DNA of 64,000 bases from Lachnospiraceae bacterium (GTDB taxonomy: Bacteria > Bacillota > Clostridia > Lachnospirales > Lachnospiraceae): NCBI GenBank assembly GCA_045646695.1, contig JAZRLF010000088.1:1026-65025 (forward strand), in the 5' to 3' direction. How positions within the stretch are numbered: position 1 is the first letter of the stretch; every line of letters begins with the position of its first letter. Shown piece after piece: positions 58,458 through 64,000 of the stretch. The notes under the pieces were generated by a model that saw only the letters and a list, made by a program, of their open reading frames with translations, was not told the DNA's origin and searched no databases. The translations under genes and the position numbers were made by a program.

Positions 58458-58652
58458 AAAGCCTCCTGAACATAATTAATAATAGGCATTTGCTTTGATC
58501 GACAGCTCATAAGTTTTACAAACACCAAGTAAATAATAATGAGTAAATGATAATCTTTATTGCTAAAATAAAAGTTAACCACCAAATTCTTTCTTGACTC
58601 CATTGTAACATAAAGATATAATAAAACAACGTTTTTTTTAGGGGGCATTTTT

Positions 58653-59069
58653 ATGGCAAAACATTACAGCAACCGTTCCTGGTCACACGTATTACCCAGA
58701 CTTCAGGAAGACAAATATCTTATACTCTATCATCCCAATTTGTATAACGTAATTCCTCATAATCATTTATTTTTGGAGCTGACCTATATTTTAAGCGGCA
58801 CCGTAGAACACACCATCAACGGTCAGACCAGTGTCTAGCAGGCCGGAGATCATTGACCCGGCACTGACAGCTTTGTTAATTATTTGCAAAATTACCGTAT
58901 CAAGCAAGCCTCACGTTTGCTGGCAACTACTAAAAAGACCTTGCCGGAAATTGCCGATGCAGTAGGTTACCATGATGTAAAGTTCTTCTCAGAGTTATTC
59001 AAAGCTTCCACCGGTCTGACTCCCGGTTCCTTTCGAAAAATGCATAGAAATACTGCCGATTTTTTATAA
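58653..59069 (+). pseudogene. AraC-family regulator remnant (internal deletion)
   Basis: The 61-aa fragment resembles an AraC cupin N-terminus (..HNHLFLELTYILSGTVEHTINGQ). About 45 nt later only the last ~65 aa of the HTH region remain (..SFVNYLQNYRIKQASRLLATTKKTLPEIADAVGYHDVKFFSELFKASTGLTPGSFRK). About 150 aa that normally lie between are absent. Confidence 0.65.
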
Positions 59070-59192
59070 ATATACAAAACACGAAATTTTCTATTGAAAA
59101 ACAAATACCCAGATGCTAAAATCTTCCTATATTGTACAAGTAAAGTACATTATAATCATACTCTATTTCAGAGTTAAACGGAGGTGTCACTT

Positions 59193-59534
59193 ATGAAAAA
59201 GCACTTAATAACTTGGTCAATCCTTTCTGCATTGATTATGTTAATATTGCCTTGGCTCGCGGTAACATTTGCTCCGGCCGATGCCGGAATGGCAGTCTGT
59301 TTCATGTTATTTTACACAGTTAATCCAATATACTCTATTATATTAGGTTATCATTCCATCAAAGATACCACGATATTGTGGGCTTTGCCACTTATATCAG
59401 CTGTATTATTTTTGATCGGCACATGGATTTTCTTTACAATAACTGAGACTGTTTTTATTGCATATGCAGTCATATACCTCTTATTGAGTTTGGCAGCCAT
59501 GCTGATTGCTTCAAAGTTTACCAAAAAAGTATAA
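59193..59534 (+). CDS. small polytopic membrane protein, hypothetical
   Basis: ATG 59193 lies 6 nt after GGAGGTG; there are 3-4 hydrophobic helices. Confidence 0.5.
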   Translation: MKKHLITWSILSALIMLILPWLAVTFAPADAGMAVCFMLFYTVNPIYSIILGYHSIKDTTILWALPLISAVLFLIGTWIFFTITETVFIAYAVIYLLLSLAAMLIASKFTKKV

Positions 59535-59625
59535 AAGAATACATCTCACAGGAAAACTCATCTGAGACAACTTTTTCTGTTCAATCATAAAGGCGTTGCC
59601 GTTAACAAGAAGTTTCGTCTTGATT

Positions 59626-59679
59626 ATAAGTATTTCAAAATAACCTCTGCTTTTGCAGAGGTTATTTTGAAATACTTAT
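59626..59679. terminator. bidirectional terminator: perfect 25-bp stem with TTTT loop between convergent genes
   Basis: ATAAGTATTTCAAAATAACCTCTGC-TTTT-GCAGAGGTTATTTTGAAATACTTAT. Confidence 0.7.
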
Positions 59680-59717
59680 ATTGCTTCAGAAAATCTGTTA
59701 TTTATCAGTAATGAAAT

Positions 59718-61256
59718 TTACATATCCACAGTCTCATCTGTAATCTTTGCGATAGCTTCTTCCATAGACATGCCATCTGCAATAGCTGCCTTACGTGCAA
59801 CATTCACAGCCTGCACTTGCTTCACACGCTGACCGTCTAATTCATAGCCCTTCATTGCCCACAATGTAGCAATCCATGCCACCATAGGCACAATACAGAA
59901 TAATGCGATAACTACCCAGTTCATGCCCGGAGCATATGCAGTCTCCTTGGTTGGCAATTCATGGATGCCGATGAATAAAAGCGCCACAGAAACTACCGTT
60001 GCAGACAAGGATGATACCAGCTTGTCCACCAAACTGAATAAGGTACCCATAATACCGGGAATAAATCTGCCGGAGCGGTAGGTTTCATAATCCGCACAGT
60101 CCGCCACCATAGGAATCGGCATATCTGCTGTTGCGTAATATGCACCATAGCCAATGCCAAAGAACACAATAAATAAAATAGTATACAGATTGATGGAAAG
60201 TCCGCCTTCCCCCATAATACTCAGATTTACACCCGGAACGCCCTGCTTCCACAAAAGCAATAACACAAGAACGCCGATGTAACTAATCAGTGCCACACGG
60301 ACATAGGTCATCAAGGATTTCTTCTGCCCATGCTTCTGGGAGGTACGAACCGTAAGTAAGAAGAACGGAGCAGAAAATACATATCCCAGAATCATCATCG
60401 GTAAGAATAATCCATCGTAATTACCCATCATGCAGGAATAAAGCATGATCAGTACATTCAGATTGGTAGCAATGGACAGTGCCAGTTTACAACCACCACC
60501 GGCAACCATTAGTCGCTGCAATGGCTTATTTGCCTTAATAATAGACAGGTATTCGGAAATCTTAACCTTTTCCTGGGTGCCCCCAATGCCGAAGTATTTG
60601 GAATTATCCTTTTCCCAGATACCGATAATGGCCAAAATGGTAAGTATAATAGAAAGTACAATGCCGATAGGTGTCATGATATTAAACCATGTGGCATTAA
60701 AATCTCCTGCATATTTATCTCCTGCCAAAAAAGGACCAATGGCCTGCATAACACCCATACCTACTAAGCTTCCGATGGTGTTAAAAATCGTAAAAAGCGG
60801 GCGCTGGTTCGGATCATTGGTTAAAACTGCCTGAGCCGAACGAGTTACCGAAGTCTGAAAGGTATAACCGATAACCCAGGTTGCATACAGCGCTACAAAT
60901 GCTGCATAGCGGGCCCACATCATGGAAGATGGTATCAATGGTGTGATCATATACAGAATAATAACTGACACAGCCATGATAATATTGCCGATAACCATAA
61001 ACGGACGGAACTTACCGAATCTTCCGTTAGTCTTATCCATCAAAGCACCTATGATAGGGTCTGTAATGGCGTCAAAAACACGCATGCCCGTAATCATTAC
61101 GGATGCAAATACCATAGTAAGCCCCAATACCTTATTGCCAAAGGTAGCAATATAACTCAGTATCAGCACATAATATACATTGGTAGCACCGTTATTCATA
61201 GGGAATAATGCCAGCTGATAAAGCTTGGCCTTGTTCATTTTTGATTCGTTATTCAT
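59718..61256 (-). CDS. MFS transporter, glycoside-pentoside-hexuronide (GPH) cation symporter family
   Basis: About 12 TM helices, with an N-terminal ..LFPMNNGATNVYYVLILSYIATF.. and DPIIGALMDKTNGRFGKFRPFM (GPH signature region). ATG 61256 lies 6 nt after AAGGAG. Confidence 0.85.
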   Translation of the reverse strand: MNNESKMNKAKLYQLALFPMNNGATNVYYVLILSYIATFGNKVLGLTMVFASVMITGMRVFDAITDPIIGALMDKTNGRFGKFRPFMVIGNIIMAVSVIILYMITPLIPSSMMWARYAAFVALYATWVIGYTFQTSVTRSAQAVLTNDPNQRPLFTIFNTIGSLVGMGVMQAIGPFLAGDKYAGDFNATWFNIMTPIGIVLSIILTILAIIGIWEKDNSKYFGIGGTQEKVKISEYLSIIKANKPLQRLMVAGGGCKLALSIATNLNVLIMLYSCMMGNYDGLFLPMMILGYVFSAPFFLLTVRTSQKHGQKKSLMTYVRVALISYIGVLVLLLLWKQGVPGVNLSIMGEGGLSINLYTILFIVFFGIGYGAYYATADMPIPMVADCADYETYRSGRFIPGIMGTLFSLVDKLVSSLSATVVSVALLFIGIHELPTKETAYAPGMNWVVIALFCIVPMVAWIATLWAMKGYELDGQRVKQVQAVNVARKAAIADGMSMEEAIAKITDETVDM

Positions 61257-61266
61257 CTTGCTCTCC

Positions 61267-63189
61267 TTACACCCAGTTCTCGCCTTTGCCGTCACCCTTA
61301 CCCATCTTGTAAGCCGGATTTGGCTTTGCCACGCGGCGGATAGATGCAGAGTCTCTACACTCTCCTGCTACAGCCTCTAATGTGACTTCCCCCTCAAGCG
61401 GAACCTTAAACACAAATACCTTATCTCCTGTCAAGGTACCAATCTCTTTACCATTTGCCAGTAAGGTTACCTGTTCACAATTAGAGTATACCTTTACTGT
61501 AGTGATACTCTCCGGCCTGTCCACATATCTGCTGCCGCAAATATGAACAAAAGGCTCCTTGCTCCAGTATGCTTTGTATAAATAGAAGCTATCCTTCTTC
61601 GTCTTGCGGTCAAAGGTCACTAAGCCTTTGTGATTCATACCCGGCTCTCCGCCCTGGTTACGGGCATCTGCGGCAAAATCAAACATATTCCATACATGGG
61701 TAGCCCACATAAAAGGACGTTTCTCAATAAACTTGGCCAGATACTCATGGTAAACTGCCTGGTATTCTTCCGAATGATCTCCCCTCCGTGGCATAGAGGA
61801 ATGGAGATTCGGCATAGCCTCACATCCATATTCAGAATAACCTAACGGACGTTTTGGATATACCTTATGGAAGAAATCTACCCATAAATCGTTTAGGAAC
61901 AATCCCGGCACATACCATCCCAGATACAAATTCCAGCTCACCAAGTCTGTAATATGAGCCACTTTATTGAAGGGACCACAAACTGCATAGCATGCCAATG
62001 TAGTCAGTCTGGTAGGGTCAATCCGGTGAATTAATTCATTTAACATGTGGTGATTATCTAACATATCCTTATTATCTTTGGTGGAAATGGTTATTTCATT
62101 GGATACGCCCCAGGTAACAATACTCGGATGATTATAATTTTGAACAATCAATTCCTTCATCTGGCTGATGGTATTCTCCCTGCCGTTTGGCATGTGTTCG
62201 GAAATATAAGGAATCTCCGCCCAAACAACCATTCCGTATTGATCACACAAATCATAAAAATACTGGTCGTGCTGGTAATGGGCCAGACGAATGGTATTGG
62301 CTCCGATTTCCCGGATCAGCTCCATATCTCTATCATGATGCTCTTTGGAAATAGCATTGCCGATACCTTTCCAGTCCTGATGACGGCATACACCACGTAA
62401 CGGGTAACTGCGGCCATTTAGGAAAAAGCCCTTTTGAGGATCTACATAGAAGGTACGTACACCGAATCCGGTAGAAATTCTATCTACTTCTGTACCATCC
62501 ACCAACAAAACAGCCTCACAGGTATAAAGATATGGATCATCCAGTCCGTCCCATAGATGAACATTCTCTAAGATAAGCTCTGCTTCACTGCCTGTAGCGG
62601 ATGCAACCGTTTTACCGGCTGCATCCTGAATATAGATATCAGTTTCTGCCTGAGGACAATTATTCCAGGTACGGACCTGTACCTTACCTGCTGTGCCCTC
62701 TACTGTAGATGCTACGGCAATTCCGGGACCGCCGTAGTAATCTAAATCAAAATGATATTCATTTACCACAAGAAGCTTCACATCCCGGTAAATCCCCCCA
62801 TAGAAGGTAAAGTCTGCCTTCTGAGGATATACTCTGTCGTTAACGGAATTGTCCACTTCTACAGTCAGCACATTGTCCTGAGGCTTCAGCCACTGGGTCA
62901 CATCATAACGAAAGGTAGAATATCCCCCGTCATGGGTCCCAATCTCCTGCCCATTTAAATGAATCCTTGCCGAAGCATTTACTCCGCAAAATTCCAAATA
63001 AACCCGCTCTTTTTCTCCATGTGCCGGTGTAGAAAATGCCTTCTGATAGACACATGTACCTCTAAAATAATCATTGCCGCCATCCTGACCATCCAGATTG
63101 TTCCATGTATGTGGAATATCTACATTATGACAGATGCCATCATGATATGTGAAGGTCCAATTGCTATTAAGCAAATGAATAGTTCTCAT
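61267..63189 (-). CDS. glycoside hydrolase family 2 (beta-galactosidase/beta-glucuronidase-like)
   Basis: LNSNWTF..., HDGGYSTFRYDVT, NTIRLAHYQHDQYFYDLCDQYGMVVWAEIP, NHPSIVTWGVSNE (acid/base Glu) and SEYG (nucleophile region). Confidence 0.9.
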   Translation of the reverse strand: MRTIHLLNSNWTFTYHDGICHNVDIPHTWNNLDGQDGGNDYFRGTCVYQKAFSTPAHGEKERVYLEFCGVNASARIHLNGQEIGTHDGGYSTFRYDVTQWLKPQDNVLTVEVDNSVNDRVYPQKADFTFYGGIYRDVKLLVVNEYHFDLDYYGGPGIAVASTVEGTAGKVQVRTWNNCPQAETDIYIQDAAGKTVASATGSEAELILENVHLWDGLDDPYLYTCEAVLLVDGTEVDRISTGFGVRTFYVDPQKGFFLNGRSYPLRGVCRHQDWKGIGNAISKEHHDRDMELIREIGANTIRLAHYQHDQYFYDLCDQYGMVVWAEIPYISEHMPNGRENTISQMKELIVQNYNHPSIVTWGVSNEITISTKDNKDMLDNHHMLNELIHRIDPTRLTTLACYAVCGPFNKVAHITDLVSWNLYLGWYVPGLFLNDLWVDFFHKVYPKRPLGYSEYGCEAMPNLHSSMPRRGDHSEEYQAVYHEYLAKFIEKRPFMWATHVWNMFDFAADARNQGGEPGMNHKGLVTFDRKTKKDSFYLYKAYWSKEPFVHICGSRYVDRPESITTVKVYSNCEQVTLLANGKEIGTLTGDKVFVFKVPLEGEVTLEAVAGECRDSASIRRVAKPNPAYKMGKGDGKGENWV

Positions 63190-63203
63190 GCACAAAATAC
63201 CTC

Positions 63204-64000
63204 TTACTTTGATTTTTTGTATGCCTTATATGCAGCATACTCTTCTGTCTTTCTGAACTTGCCTGCACCGCGAATCCACATCACAGCACACAGAATCATC
63301 AGTACAGGGAATACCACCGCCAGCGTATCTAATATTGTATTTAAAATAGGCTGTGTTGCCTTAACAACAGTGTCTTTGCCTACACCATTCATACCGGAAG
63401 AATTTGCCAGTGCATATAAGTTGTGGTGGCAGGCTTCACGCATTGCAGACACAATCACTGCATCCTCTTCATATTCAGGGAGCTGTGAAGTAACATACCA
63501 CAGCATAGCATCATATGTGGTAGTACCTGCCAATATGCCGTCAACACCGTTTACATATGTGGTCAGGACATTGTCTGTAATAGACATCCCCTGATTACCC
63601 CACTCTTCTCTCATAATATTGGTCATCAGGTTCTTGTAACCGCCGGACCAGGTCGTACCCCAACGTGTGTACGCTGTCATAACACCGTTGCCGCCTGCTT
63701 CCTCCAATGGTTTCTGGAATGCCTTCAGATAAATTTCTCTTGCAGCCTGCTCATTAATCCATACAGCCTGGCCAATACGATCCTGTTCACAGTCATTCAG
63801 TGCAAAGTGCTTCATAACTACGTCAACACCCTTGTCCTGAATACCCTGCACTTCCGCGCCACCGATTTCACCTGCAAGGAAACCATCTTCGGAATAGTAC
63901 TCAAAATTACGGCCGCCGTAAGGAGTACGGTGGGTATTGCTGCCCGGACCGTATAAACATGCAATGCCTGCATTCAGACAGTTATTACCGATCATATTAC
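63204..64000 (-). CDS. glycoside hydrolase family 3 protein, C-terminal part (the 5' end lies beyond the window) with a C-terminal TM segment
   Basis: GR(N)FEYYSEDGFL....A.V.GIQ..GV....KHFALNDCEQDR is a GH3 pattern. The C-terminus LAVVFPVLMILCAVMWI plus a Lys-rich tail looks like a membrane anchor. Confidence 0.85.
   Translation of the reverse strand, partial: NMIGNNCLNAGIACLYGPGSNTHRTPYGGRNFEYYSEDGFLAGEIGGAEVQGIQDKGVDVVMKHFALNDCEQDRIGQAVWINEQAAREIYLKAFQKPLEEAGGNGVMTAYTRWGTTWSGGYKNLMTNIMREEWGNQGMSITDNVLTTYVNGVDGILAGTTTYDAMLWYVTSQLPEYEEDAVIVSAMREACHHNLYALANSSGMNGVGKDTVVKATQPILNTILDTLAVVFPVLMILCAVMWIRGAGKFRKTEEYAAYKAYKKSK

Noticed and set aside
1-64000. Search for prophage, integrative element, restriction-modification, toxin-antitoxin pairs, retron or other multi-gene defence islands
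   Set aside because: No integrase, recombinase, reverse transcriptase, methyltransferase/endonuclease pair, phage structural gene or abrupt compositional island was seen by eye. The window is dominated by conserved core synteny, so no such system is claimed.

Overview
The window looks like a chromosomal segment of a low-to-mid GC Firmicute, class Clostridia. Gene content and synteny suggest a Lachnospiraceae-like gut anaerobe. This taxonomic call is an inference from protein families such as SigG, YlmC, a Spo0A-type domain, DHHW/MBOAT, DUF5688-like and Rpn-like proteins. About 60 protein genes are supportable, most on the minus strand, and most are housekeeping. They include an EF-G paralogue, tyrA, rfbB/rfbD, fsa/tal, tyrS with a T-box leader, cobB, metA, ligA, efp, aroQ-aroK-aroE-yqeG, nrdR and ylmC/sigG. 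The conserved block rny-recX-recA-cinA-pgsA-rimO and the block rpoZ-gmk-yicC are present, as are rqcH, glgA and pepT. The right end carries a glycerophosphodiester/glycoside utilisation patch (GDPD-PHP fusion, DeoR, GDPD, decayed AraC, GPH/MFS transporter, GH2, GH3). There is one tRNA, tRNA-Arg(CCG). I found no rRNA, CRISPR array, intact IS/transposase, integrase, prophage or recognisable multi-gene defence island. The features that ordinary annotation does not explain are: (1) a 93-nt three-hairpin unit present as a tandem pair and as a third copy 3.6 kb away, bracketing a deoR-DHHW-MBOAT module, with a few compensatory substitutions; (2) two ~200-nt rod-like palindromic elements with an identical-size, sequence-conserved internal loop and diverged but self-complementary arms, plus one solo arm; (3) a Spo0A paralogue that keeps a highly conserved DNA-binding domain but lacks the phospho-acceptor half of the receiver, with two 0A-box-like heptamers in its own promoter; (4) an Rpn-family PD-(D/E)XK nuclease gene with a strong internal in-frame SD+ATG, resembling the intragenic-antitoxin arrangement; (5) a blaI-type repressor next to a BlaR1-like gene that has no HEXXH protease core and is broken at two homopolymers. 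All coordinates of motifs and starts were derived by eye and may be off by a few nt. Nothing here was searched against a database.
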